The notes under the pieces are model-generated. The model ran no database searches. It saw nothing but the letters and a program-made list of their open reading frames with translations, and was not told where the DNA came from. A stretch of DNA of 63,721 bases, the filler included. It is 5 parts of 5 records of this genome, joined end to end, with 100 filler letters (N's around TTAATTAATTAA, not from the genome) between each part and the next. Parts side by side here need not be neighbours in the genome. Positions count along the whole stretch, not along the records: positions 1 to 20,446 come from SRR20825010_806; positions 20,547 to 25,533 come from SRR20825010_817; positions 25,634 to 53,638 come from SRR20825010_819; 2 more parts are not named here. The stretch is one strand, 5' to 3'. The translations under genes were made by a program, and so were the position numbers. The first letter of the stretch is position 1. Each line of letters opens with the position of its first letter. Positions 20,060-29,069 of this stretch are shown piece after piece.

Positions 20060-20298
20060 ATGGCATTGTTTTCAATTATGTCTATTTCTATCTGAAGCGC
20101 AGTTTCTCGACGAATTGCCAAAAACGAACCATTTATATTTAAATACAAAGGGTCTTTAAAAGGTGCTATTTGGAGCAGTTCAACTTCATTCCCCGGCAAA
20201 CATCCCATTTCAAGGAGCTTAATTGGGATAATATCTGTAGAAAATTCTTTTATAATGGCGCGTTCGCCTCGTTTTAAATGTGCAATTGTCAACTTCAA
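20056..20298 (-). CDS. feoA: Ferrous iron transport protein A
   Basis: KLLEMGCLPG...APFKDP...LAIRRETA; 4-nt overlap with feoB. Confidence 0.93.
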   Translation of the reverse strand: MKLTIAHLKRGERAIIKEFSTDIIPIKLLEMGCLPGNEVELLQIAPFKDPLYLNINGSFLAIRRETALQIEIDIIENNAI

Positions 20299-20300
20299 AC

Positions 20301-20333
20301 CTTATTTAGATTCATTTTAAGTAAGCAAAAGTA
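20301..20333 (-). promoter_or_regulatory. feo promoter with putative iron-responsive operator
   Basis: -7 TACTTTTG on minus strand (20326-20333); imperfect palindrome CTTATTTAGA-ttcat-TTTAAGTAAG (20301-20325) between promoter and start codon. Confidence 0.55.
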
Positions 20334-20393
20334 ATATAAAAATTAGGTTTGAAGAAATTATTTAATAGATGTTTATGACGATTGGCAAGAAAA

Positions 20394-20446
20394 CAGTAGG
20401 CAGTAGGCAGTGTTCAGAAGACGGAAGTCCGAAGTCGGAAGACAGA
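20394..20446. repeat. Degenerate heptamer tandem repeat at contig end
   Basis: CAGTAGG CAGTAGG CAGTGTT CAGAAGA CGGAAGT CCGAAGT CGGAAGA CAGA. Confidence 0.75.
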
Positions 20447-20546
20447 NNNNNNNNNNNNNNNNNNNNNNNNNNNNNNNNNNNNNNNNNNNNTTAATTAATT
20501 AANNNNNNNNNNNNNNNNNNNNNNNNNNNNNNNNNNNNNNNNNNNN
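20447..20546. other. Artificial contig linker
   Basis: N-run with central TTAATTAATTAA (stops in six frames). Confidence 0.99.
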
Positions 20547-20643
20547 GATCAGGATTCCGAAGATCAGGATTATTGTGGCATTTCCGCTCATTAATTAAGC
20601 TAGGTTAGGAGGGGTGTCAATTTCCAACTTGGTTCAAGATTTA

Positions 20644-22164
20644 TCACAGACTGACCCTCGCTTTCCAATTTTGGAATTCAACTTCGAGTTCACGTGCAAT
20701 TTCGGGTTGTAGAGAAATTAAATTTTTGATTTCTGTTGGGTCTAGTTTAAGGTTATATAACTCCCAAGCAGCATTTTTCCCATGGCTGACAAGTTTCCAG
20801 TCACCTTTTCTCACGGCTTTTCCTACAGACCATTCCCAGAAAATAGCTTCTTCGCGTTGGGATTTTTCACCGCGAACTGCCGGCAGAAGACTTTGTCCTT
20901 CCGCTGGCAGTACTGGTTTTCCTGCAAATTCATTAGGGTAACTGGCACCAGCTAACTCAGCCAAAGTAGGAAGGATATCGATGAGGTGGGCGGGGAAAGT
21001 ACTTACTTCATTCTCATGCCCCAGTCCTTTAGGCCAAGAGATAATCAATGGGGTTTTGATCCCGCCTTCGAAAGAGTAGTTTTTGTAAAAGCGATGCGGG
21101 GTGTTTCCTACATTGGCCCAATCTGGTCCTAGTGAAGTCCACTGTCCAACAGATCCGATTTCCCCGTTTCCAGGGAGAGTTACTACTTCCGCTGAAGCAC
21201 CATTGTCAGAAAGGAATAGAAAAACAGTATTATCAAGCTTTCCCTGCGTTCGTAGCTTCTGGATGATTTCTCCGATTTTTTGATCCAAACGATCGATCAT
21301 CGCTGCATATACTTCCATTTTCAGCTCCTCTACTTGTCGGGCAGAATCAGAAAGAGATTCCCATGGCACGTAGGTTGGCTCGGTCAGAGCATAGCTTTCA
21401 TCAATGATTCCCAGCTTTTTCTGTTTTTCAAAGCGTTTTTTCCTAACAGCCTCATAGCCTTGGGCATATTTACCTTTGTACTTATCAATATCTTCAGGCC
21501 AAGCCATTAATGGGTCATGAGGCGCGGTGTAAGCCAAGTAAAGAAAAAATGGTTTCTCATCTTCTTTGTATTCATCCAGCCACTGCAAAGCATACTTGGT
21601 GAAGTAATCAGTGGAGTAATAGTCTTGCTGAACCGAGTAAGGCTGCATCAATTTCCGGTCTTCGTAAAATGGCCGATCAGGTCTTTTTTGAGCAGGTTCC
21701 GGTTCATTCTCACGACGAGGTCCGGGATTGAAATGATTTGAAGCGCCTTCTTTAAGCCCATAATACCTATCAAAACCCCGGTCCATCGGATGATCGTAAC
21801 CATGATGTTTGCCTGCCCATAGCGTTCTATACCCAGCTGATTGAAGGAGTTCTCCGACAGTGATCCCATTTTCCAAAGGCTGAAGGTAAGTAGCACCATA
21901 ACCAACCTGCTGAGCGTACAAGCCGGTAATCAATGCTGCTCTCGAAGGATTGCACTTTGATGTATTATACATTTGGGTGAACCGGACGCCATTCTCTGCC
22001 AGCCAGTCCAAATTCGGGGTTTCTACCTCACTTCCATAGCTGCCTATATCTGACCAGCCGAGGTCATCAGCCAGAATCAAGACTATGTTGGGTTTTTCTT
22101 CTGGTATTTGCTGCGAATATGATAGGGAGAGCAACAAGAGGAAAGAAATAATTGGGTTTATCAT
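20644..22164 (-). CDS. Arylsulfatase (Cys-type, formylglycine-dependent)
   Basis: PNIVLILADDLG, CNPSRAALITG (CxPxR), GKHH, APHDPL, SDNG. Confidence 0.93.
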   Translation of the reverse strand: MINPIISFLLLLSLSYSQQIPEEKPNIVLILADDLGWSDIGSYGSEVETPNLDWLAENGVRFTQMYNTSKCNPSRAALITGLYAQQVGYGATYLQPLENGITVGELLQSAGYRTLWAGKHHGYDHPMDRGFDRYYGLKEGASNHFNPGPRRENEPEPAQKRPDRPFYEDRKLMQPYSVQQDYYSTDYFTKYALQWLDEYKEDEKPFFLYLAYTAPHDPLMAWPEDIDKYKGKYAQGYEAVRKKRFEKQKKLGIIDESYALTEPTYVPWESLSDSARQVEELKMEVYAAMIDRLDQKIGEIIQKLRTQGKLDNTVFLFLSDNGASAEVVTLPGNGEIGSVGQWTSLGPDWANVGNTPHRFYKNYSFEGGIKTPLIISWPKGLGHENEVSTFPAHLIDILPTLAELAGASYPNEFAGKPVLPAEGQSLLPAVRGEKSQREEAIFWEWSVGKAVRKGDWKLVSHGKNAAWELYNLKLDPTEIKNLISLQPEIARELEVEFQNWKARVSL

Positions 22165-22263
22165 AATCAGAAAACAGTTTAGGGCTGACTGTTTAATATA
22201 CCAATAACCACCGAAATTAGAGGGGTTAAGCTCATGAGTTTAAACAAATGAATTCTTAAAACG

Positions 22264-22300
22264 ATAAAAGCCATTCCGATCTCTTCGGAATGGCTTTTAT
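22264..22300. terminator. Intrinsic terminator
   Basis: ATAAAAGCCATTCCGA-tctct-TCGGAATGGCTTTTAT perfect 16-bp stem. Confidence 0.85.
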
Positions 22301-22320
22301 TTTAATAAAGAAACTAGACT

Positions 22321-23232
22321 TTATTTGAAACCAATTTCTTCCAAACCAGCGTGGCTGATTTTGATTGCTTCCAAAGGATCCAAACCGAAAGTCTGATCTT
22401 GCTCTACCAAATAGAATTCCATGCCTGACTTATCTTTTTCAGCCAAAATTCTCTTGAAATCAATTGTACCAGTTCCAACAGGAGCGAATTTACCTTCAGC
22501 ATTCATGTCTTTTACGTGCCAAGCGATGAATCTACCTGGGTACTTTTCGAAGTAAGTAAGAGGATCTACTTCTGCTTTGGTTACCCAGAATAGGTCCATT
22601 TGGAAGTTGACAAACTCAGGGTTACACTTCTCAAGAAGTAAGTCCTCGATGATAGTACCATCTGCCATCGCTTTGAATTCAAAGTCGTGGTTATGGTAAA
22701 GAAGTTTGATGCCAGCTTTGGTGCATTTTTCACCTAGCGTATTCATGATCGTCACCAACTCATCTGCAGTGCCTTTCATGCCCATTCCTTCAGGACCAGC
22801 TGTAAACATTCCCATAGGAGGTACTGGAATTACGAAGAATTCAATACCAGCAGCTTTTACATCAGTGATTAGCTGATCAGCGTTCTCCATATTTACCATG
22901 CCCATGTGAGCACTTTTGGCAGTCAAACCAATAGATTCTAGGTAGGCTTTGAATTCAGTTGGCGCCATTCCGTAGAATTTACCATCTGCATAATTAGCAG
23001 CTTCCACATAAGCATATCCAGCATCTGCTACCGCCTGAAGGGTAGCTTTTGGGTTGCTAGCCATGGAATCTCTAACTGTGTAAAGGGCTAGGCCACCAAA
23101 ACTCTTTGATTCTGTTTGAACAACTTCGGCAGTTTCGCTGCCATCGTCTGTTTTTTTCTCTGAACTACATGCAGTAAAGCCTAAGGTTAGGGCTAAAAGC
23201 AATGAGAAGGATAAATTGAAATTTTGTTTCAT
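22321..23232 (-). CDS. Sugar phosphate isomerase/epimerase (xylose isomerase-like TIM barrel), lipoprotein
   Basis: Lipobox FTAC, LYTVR, YHNHDFEF, QMDLFW, WHVKD, VEQD. Confidence 0.88.
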   Translation of the reverse strand: MKQNFNLSFSLLLALTLGFTACSSEKKTDDGSETAEVVQTESKSFGGLALYTVRDSMASNPKATLQAVADAGYAYVEAANYADGKFYGMAPTEFKAYLESIGLTAKSAHMGMVNMENADQLITDVKAAGIEFFVIPVPPMGMFTAGPEGMGMKGTADELVTIMNTLGEKCTKAGIKLLYHNHDFEFKAMADGTIIEDLLLEKCNPEFVNFQMDLFWVTKAEVDPLTYFEKYPGRFIAWHVKDMNAEGKFAPVGTGTIDFKRILAEKDKSGMEFYLVEQDQTFGLDPLEAIKISHAGLEEIGFK

Positions 23233-23414
23233 AGGTTTTCGTTTTTGATGCGTTCAAGATACCCAAATCATATTAAAATTAAAGCTAAATTAAGGCGGAA
23301 AGGTAGAGAACAGGGGTTGTAGGTAAATACAAACTTGAGCAAGGAATAGCTGGAAAATTTAAACTTGTAGACTTGTTGTCTTATACTTAATTCATATATT
23401 TTTTCTATCAGAAA

Positions 23415-23996
23415 ATGGAGCGATACTTTGATACAATGTTTGCATACATCAATCAAATCTGGGATATCCCAGAAGGTGATAAAGCTGTCTGTCGACAATT
23501 CTTTAAATCCATACAAGTGAAGAAAGACACGATTCTGGAGCCGGCAGGCAAGATCCCTCTGTATCATAATTTCATCGTGTCGGGCGTAATGCGAAACTTT
23601 CATTTGGATGAAAAAGGCAATGAAGTGACCGTAGATCTAAATAATGGGCCACGGTTTTTTACCTCGTATTTCCATTTTATGAACCGTTCTATTTCTAATG
23701 AAAATTTGCAATGCCTCACTGATTGTGAAATACTTCGAATATCTAGGGACGATGTAGATCTATCAGCGGCAATGGGAGAAACGCAGAAAGATTATACGAT
23801 CAAAGTGCTGCAGCAAAAGATGGAACAAGACAAAGAGCGGATCAATGATATGGGGAATCTGACTGCTGAGCAGCGATATCTTAAACTTTTAAGGAATGAG
23901 CCCCTGATCATACAACATGTTCCTCTGAAATACATCGCTTCCTATCTGGGTATCAAACCGGAAAGCTTAAGTCGCATCCGTAGGGAAATTACTTAA
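23415..23996 (+). CDS. Crp/Fnr family transcriptional regulator
   Basis: cNMP-binding-like N-terminus (FIVSGVMR), C-terminal IASYLGIKPESLSRIR HTH. Confidence 0.9.
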   Translation: MERYFDTMFAYINQIWDIPEGDKAVCRQFFKSIQVKKDTILEPAGKIPLYHNFIVSGVMRNFHLDEKGNEVTVDLNNGPRFFTSYFHFMNRSISNENLQCLTDCEILRISRDDVDLSAAMGETQKDYTIKVLQQKMEQDKERINDMGNLTAEQRYLKLLRNEPLIIQHVPLKYIASYLGIKPESLSRIRREIT

Positions 23997-24074
23997 CAAT
24001 TGTTAGGTGAGAATGGACTGACCTACGCGTAGGTTTAGGGAGAAAGAGTAATCTAATCACTTAAAATAACGCTA

Positions 24075-24887
24075 TTGACCTCCATCGTATCCTCAACCCA
24101 ATCCCGTTCAAATCAGCTTTTGCAACTTTCAACCCGCGCTTGGTTTGTGGTGGTGGTTATTGGCCAATTGATTTTTGCTTACTATATCATCATGCTTTAC
24201 GGCACAGCAGGAGTACAGGGTAATTTTGAGCGATGGAATGCTCAGACGACACATGGCTATGTTGCCCGAGATTTGATGGGAAATGCATTCTTCGGACTAC
24301 ATGTGTTTTTTGCAGCGGTGATTAGCATTTTGGGGCCCTTGCAATTGATTTCAAAAGTTCGAAAATTGTTTCCCGCTTTTCATAGATTCTCAGGGAGAGT
24401 TTACCTAGGATCAGCATTTTTGATCAGTTTGGCTGGCTTCTATTTGGCTTGGGTACGGGGAACTGCAGGAGGTATGATTGGCTCTGTATTCATTACTATC
24501 AATGGGTTGATCATTTTGGTTTGCGTGGTGTACACACTGAGATTTGCTATGAAACGTCAAATAGACCGACATAACAAATGGGCTATTCGCCTGTTTTTGG
24601 CGATGAGTGGAGTATGGTTCTTTCGGGTATTTTTGATGCTTTGGTTCGCGATTCACCAGGCTCCAGTGGGGTTTGATATGGAGACCTTTCAAGGGCCATT
24701 TCTAAATTTCCTTTACGTGTTCGTGTATATTTTACCGCAGGTAATTGCTGAATTCTATTTTAAAGCCAAGGCATCTTCCTTTGCGAAACCCAAAATAGCT
24801 ATGTCAGTCCTATTGGGAGTGCTGACTTTGGGGATTATGGTAGGAATCGCTACCGCAACTATGGGCATGTGGCTGCCGGCACTTTAG
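24075..24887 (+). CDS. DUF2306-like membrane protein
   Basis: Multiple TM helices, LQLISKVRK...FHRFSGRVY, HNKWAIR; TTG start uncertain. Confidence 0.75.
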   Translation: MTSIVSSTQSRSNQLLQLSTRAWFVVVVIGQLIFAYYIIMLYGTAGVQGNFERWNAQTTHGYVARDLMGNAFFGLHVFFAAVISILGPLQLISKVRKLFPAFHRFSGRVYLGSAFLISLAGFYLAWVRGTAGGMIGSVFITINGLIILVCVVYTLRFAMKRQIDRHNKWAIRLFLAMSGVWFFRVFLMLWFAIHQAPVGFDMETFQGPFLNFLYVFVYILPQVIAEFYFKAKASSFAKPKIAMSVLLGVLTLGIMVGIATATMGMWLPAL

Positions 24888-25533
24888 GTGTAGTTTTTTA
24901 AAACCTTCTTCACCAAGGGTCCGATGGTCAATCCCTGCACAATAATGGAGAAGACTACGACCACATAGGTGACGGTGAGGAATAATTCCCGCTCCATTTG
25001 AGGTTCTAAGGATAAAGCTAAAGCGATGGAGATTCCGCCTCGGATTCCTCCCCAAGTCATCATCAGATTGGTTTTTGGGATGAAATCTAGCTTTTTATCA
25101 AAAATAGCAACAGGTCCAGAAAGTGCTAAATACCTAGCGATAAGGGCTACCGGAATTGCGATCAATCCAAATTTCAAATACTCTCCACTGGTGGAAATGA
25201 TCAACAGCTCAAGACCAATCAATACGAATAGAACAGCATTTAGGAGCACGTCTATCAGTTCCCAGAATTTGTCTACATAATTATGAGTAGTCTCTGACCA
25301 GGCTATTTTCGGTGATTTATTTCCTATGAAAATCCCTGCAACTACCACTGCCAGCGGGCCGGATACGTGAAGTTTATGAGCTAGCATAGAAAGTCCCATC
25401 ACCAAGGCAAGAGTAATTATCACCTCAGTTTCATAATGGTCTATTGCTTTCATGATCTGAAATGTCATCCATCCTGTTACCAAGCCGAGGATTATGCCAC
25501 CTACCACTTCTTCTAAGAACAACAACCCAATAT
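24884..25533 (-). CDS. Na+/H+ antiporter (CPA1/NhaP family), 5'-truncated by contig end
   Basis: HVSGPLAVVVAG, FWELID, WGGIRGGISIALALSL, QGLTI. Confidence 0.88.
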
Positions 25534-25633
25534 NNNNNNNNNNNNNNNNNNNNNNNNNNNNNNNNNNNNNNNNNNNNTTAATTAATTAANNNNNNNNNNN
25601 NNNNNNNNNNNNNNNNNNNNNNNNNNNNNNNNN
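25534..25633. other. Artificial contig linker
   Basis: N-run with TTAATTAATTAA. Confidence 0.99.
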
Positions 25634-25700
25634 CAGGCCCGGAAGGGAGCAACGGTAGCAGTGGACTTGTGTGCCGGGGTGCGGCTGGCGGGAAGACCGC
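25634..25700 (+). ncRNA. ffs: SRP 4.5S RNA, 3' part (5' end lost at contig edge)
   Basis: CAGGCCCGGAAGGGAGCA domain IV motif followed by GTGTGCCGGG.TG.GGCTGGC, matching the E. coli-type 4.5S 3' half; typical position upstream of dnaX. Confidence 0.9.
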
Positions 25701-25837
25701 TCTAATCTCTCCGCTACACGCCGTTCGCTTTCACGTAACACGCTTCTCCCACTGTCCTCCCCCCGGGAACTTCGATAGCATAAGCGCTCTGATTCCAATC
25801 CCTTTGTATTGGTGGCCATGATTGCCGCTGGAGTGCT

Positions 25838-27766
25838 ATGAGTTATCAGGTCCTTGCCCGTAAATACCGCCCCCGTACCTTCGATGAACTGGTGGGGCAG
25901 GAGCACGTTTCACGGGCCCTGATGCACGCCCTGGATCAGGATCGCTTGCACCATGCCTACCTGTTCACGGGGACGCGCGGGGTGGGGAAAACCACCATCG
26001 CCCGTATTCTCTCTCGTTGTCTGAACTGCGAACAGGGTGTCAGCGCTCGTCCTTGCGGCGTATGCCCCACCTGTCAGGAAATTACTGACGGGCGCTTCGT
26101 GGACCTGATCGAAGTGGATGCGGCCAGCCGTACCAAAGTGGAAGACACCCGCGAGTTGCTCGATAACGTGCAGTACGCACCGACCCGGGGCCGCTACAAG
26201 GTGTACCTGATCGATGAGGTGCACATGCTCTCGGCGCATTCGTTCAATGCGTTGCTGAAAACCCTGGAAGAACCGCCTCCCCATGTGAAATTCCTGCTGG
26301 CCACCACCGATCCGCAGAAACTGCCGGTGACCGTGCTGTCCCGCTGTTTGCAGTTCAGTCTCAAGGCGTTGCCGGCCGAGCAGATTGCCGGGCACCTGAA
26401 AGCCTTGCTCGACAAGGAAATGATTCGCTACGAAGAGCCGGCGCTGCTGTCGTTGGGTAAAGCGGCTCAGGGTTCCATGCGCGATGCATTGAGCCTGACG
26501 GATCAGGCGATTGCCTTCGGCAGTGAGCAACTCAGCAGTGAGGCGGTGAACGCCATGCTGGGAACGGTGGACCGCAATCACGTACTGACGCTGCTGGTGG
26601 CGCTGGCGGAGCAGGAGCCCGGTGGTGTGTTGCAGGCGCTGGCGACGGTCAGCGAGCATTGTCCCGGCGAGCTGGCCTTGCTGGATGAACTGATCAGCCA
26701 GCTTCACCAGCTGGCGGTGTGCCAGGCGGTGCCGGGCAGCTACGACGAGACCCAGCAACAGCTGGCGGCTGCACTGACCGCAGAACAGATTCAACTGTAT
26801 TACGATGTGGCCTTGCGTGGTCGCCGAGACCTGCAGGATGCACCGGATAGCCGTGCAGCACTGGAAATGCTGCTGTTGCGCATGGTGCTATTTACGCCTA
26901 AAGGCGTGCTGGTGCAGGGGGACAGCCCCGCCGCAAAAAAGCCTGAAGCGGCAGCGCCGTCGGCAGAGCCCGGCGGTAAGCCGGATTTGCGTGCCTTGCT
27001 GAACAGCCCGCCTGCCACTGAGACGTCGTCTGCGCCTGTTGCTACCCCGGCGGCCTCGGAGCCGGCTCCGTCCGTTGCCGTGTCTGCCCCGCAAGCCGCT
27101 TCCGTTGAGGCGGTTGCAGCCCCTGCATCTGCAGAGGATGCCCCGCCCTGGGATGAGAGCCCGGTTCCGTCTTCTCCGTCGTCAGCTCAGTCATCCCGTT
27201 CGGCCTCTGCGACTTTGACCCAGGTGGAATCGCGGCAAGCGGAGCCTGCTGCCGAGAGCTCGCCAGTGGCTGCTGTGCAGCCGCAGAGTGAGCCTGAGCC
27301 TGAGCCTGCTCCGGAACCGGAACCGGAACCGGAACAAAGTCTGGCGCCACTGGCAGAGCCGACCACGGAAGCGGAAGTGGCCACCTGGTGGGCGGCCTTG
27401 CTGTTGCGTCTGGATGTGGATGGCACGGTGCGTAATATCGCCCGCAATGCGGTGCTTATCAGCCGAGAGGAAAGTGTCTGGACGCTGCGGATCAGCCCTG
27501 GGCATCAGGTGCTGGTTAACCGGGAGCGGCTGGAGGAACTGAGCGGTGCGCTGGGTAATTACTTCCAGCGTCGTATTCAGGTTCAAGTGGAATTTGAACA
27601 GCAGCCGGGGGCGACCCCGGAACTAATGGCCGAAGCACGCCGGCAGGAATTGCTGGCCCAAGCCAAGGATGCCCTGCACGCCGACCCGGTGGTGCAGCAG
27701 TTGGTTACCACCTTTGCCGGGCGATTGGACGAAGAAAGTGTCACCCCGAAAGAGACAGTGGAATGA
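25838..27766 (+). CDS. dnaX: DNA polymerase III subunit tau/gamma
   Basis: MSYQVLARKYRP, GTRGVGKTT, zinc Cys cluster, DEVHML, SRC motif; Pro/Ala-rich linker and C-terminal domain V. Confidence 0.97.
   Translation: MSYQVLARKYRPRTFDELVGQEHVSRALMHALDQDRLHHAYLFTGTRGVGKTTIARILSRCLNCEQGVSARPCGVCPTCQEITDGRFVDLIEVDAASRTKVEDTRELLDNVQYAPTRGRYKVYLIDEVHMLSAHSFNALLKTLEEPPPHVKFLLATTDPQKLPVTVLSRCLQFSLKALPAEQIAGHLKALLDKEMIRYEEPALLSLGKAAQGSMRDALSLTDQAIAFGSEQLSSEAVNAMLGTVDRNHVLTLLVALAEQEPGGVLQALATVSEHCPGELALLDELISQLHQLAVCQAVPGSYDETQQQLAAALTAEQIQLYYDVALRGRRDLQDAPDSRAALEMLLLRMVLFTPKGVLVQGDSPAAKKPEAAAPSAEPGGKPDLRALLNSPPATETSSAPVATPAASEPAPSVAVSAPQAASVEAVAAPASAEDAPPWDESPVPSSPSSAQSSRSASATLTQVESRQAEPAAESSPVAAVQPQSEPEPEPAPEPEPEPEQSLAPLAEPTTEAEVATWWAALLLRLDVDGTVRNIARNAVLISREESVWTLRISPGHQVLVNRERLEELSGALGNYFQRRIQVQVEFEQQPGATPELMAEARRQELLAQAKDALHADPVVQQLVTTFAGRLDEESVTPKETVE
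26916..26977 (+). other. Putative -1 programmed ribosomal frameshift signal in dnaX
   Basis: In-frame A AAA AAG (26935-26941), -1 frame GCC TGA, upstream AGGGGG (26916-26921), downstream GC-rich hairpins. Confidence 0.7.
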
Positions 27767-27769
27767 GAA

Positions 27770-27858
27770 ATGCTGCACGCGATGTGCAACACGCAACACG
27801 GTAAAACCGCTTTTGTCTTTTTACCGTGTTGCGTGAAGCGTGCGGCCTGATGCGTTGT
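27770..27858. repeat. Intergenic inverted element with heptamer-periodic arms
   Basis: CACGCAACACGGTAAAA ... TTTTACCGTGTTGCGTG perfect 17-bp inverted repeat, extended by GCGTGAA GCGTGCG GCCTGAT GCGTTGT. Confidence 0.75.
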
Positions 27859-27872
27859 TAGTGGAGCAAACC

Positions 27873-28190
27873 ATGGATTTCGATATTAACAATCTCATGC
27901 AGCAGGCCCAGGCCATGCAGGAGAAAATGAAGAAAATGCAGGACGAGGCCGCCAACAGTGAAGTGGTGGGCGAGTCCGGTGCGGGCCTGGTGAAGGTCAC
28001 CATGAACGGTCGGCACGATGTGAAAGGCGTGGATATTGATGCCAGCCTGATGAGTGAAGACAAGGAATTGCTGGAAGACCTGCTCGCCGCTGCCGTGAAT
28101 GATGCGGTGCGCCGGGTGGAAAAACAGCAGCAGGACAACATGCAGAACATGGCAGGAGGCTTTCCCTTCCCGCCAGGTTTCAAGCCGTAA
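27873..28190 (+). CDS. ybaB: YbaB/EbfC nucleoid-associated protein
   Basis: [11 protein letters not shown]...[14 protein letters not shown]...[12 protein letters not shown]; dnaX-ybaB-recR synteny; GGAG before ATG 27873. Confidence 0.95.
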   Translation: MDFDINNLMQQAQAMQEKMKKMQDEAANSEVVGESGAGLVKVTMNGRHDVKGVDIDASLMSEDKELLEDLLAAAVNDAVRRVEKQQQDNMQNMAGGFPFPPGFKP

Positions 28191-28213
28191 GCCATCGACG
28201 GGACGCCGAGACT

Positions 28214-28813
28214 GTGAAACACGCGCCGCTGGTGGACCAGCTGATCAATGCCTTTACTTGCCTGCCCGGAGTCGGCCCCCGTTCTGCCCAGCGCATGGCC
28301 TATGCACTGCTGGACCGCGGCCGTGAATCCGGGCGGCGGCTGGGGGATGCCCTGCATGCCGCCATGGACGGTGTGCAGCATTGTCAACGGTGCCGCAATT
28401 ATGCAGAAGCGGAACTGTGCCCGGTATGTGATGACCCCCGCCGGGATGCGTCGCTGGTGTGCATCGTTGCGACCCCTGGGGACGTGCTGGCGTTTGAGCA
28501 ATCCGGCGAATACCGGGGGCAATATTTTGTGCTGATGGGAGAGTTATCGCCCCTGGATGGTGTGGGCCCCCGTGAGTTGGGACTGGATGTGCTTGAACAA
28601 CGTCTCAATGAAGGACAGATCAGCGAGTTGATTCTGGCGACCGGCACCACAGTGGAAGGCGAAGCGACCGCGCACTATGTGCTGGACCTGGCCCAGGACG
28701 CGGGGGTGGGTGTCAGTCGTATTGCTCAGGGCGTCCCCATGGGGGGGGAGCTGGAATTCGTGGATGGCGCCACCCTGGCGCAGGCGCTGAAGGGGCGTCG
28801 GCCGTTTGAATAA
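28214..28813 (+). CDS. recR: Recombination mediator RecR
   Basis: [11 protein letters not shown] HhH, C4 zinc finger, TOPRIM ELILAT...EGEATA. Confidence 0.97.
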   Translation: MKHAPLVDQLINAFTCLPGVGPRSAQRMAYALLDRGRESGRRLGDALHAAMDGVQHCQRCRNYAEAELCPVCDDPRRDASLVCIVATPGDVLAFEQSGEYRGQYFVLMGELSPLDGVGPRELGLDVLEQRLNEGQISELILATGTTVEGEATAHYVLDLAQDAGVGVSRIAQGVPMGGELEFVDGATLAQALKGRRPFE

Positions 28814-29069
28814 GTACAGCAACGCTGTAGCGCCGCACGACACAACAACCCTCTAACGACGCCGTTTCTTCAGCAGAACCCCGCCCGATTCTCCGGCCAA
28901 CCCCCCTGTCTTCCGGTCAGACAGGCTGTTCCAGCTTTCTGTTGTGACGAGCCATCTTCCCGTATTTTTCGTTTTGTGCGCGGAGCGTGAAGCCTGTTGC
29001 GAATTCATGCTATGTTAGTAACCAAGCAAGCGCTAGGTTGTGCGCAATGAATGAACGAAAGGAGGCCCT

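Noticed and set aside
20491-20502. TTAATTAATTAA repeated four times in the window
   Set aside because: Always centred in a 100-nt N block; synthetic six-frame-stop linker
25586-25906. 106-aa minus-strand ORF
   Set aside because: Overlaps ffs and the dnaX start and runs into the N linker
25910-26794. Long antisense ORFs (294 aa here; also 27821-28522, 29010-29921, 39757-40446, 49858-50817, 52504-53196)
   Set aside because: Shadow ORFs opposite well-supported genes in GC-rich DNA; no motifs or RBS
27288-27335. (GAGCCT)n/(CCGGAA)n repeats in dnaX
   Set aside because: Encode an ordinary Glu-Pro low-complexity linker; in-frame, not a phase-variation tract
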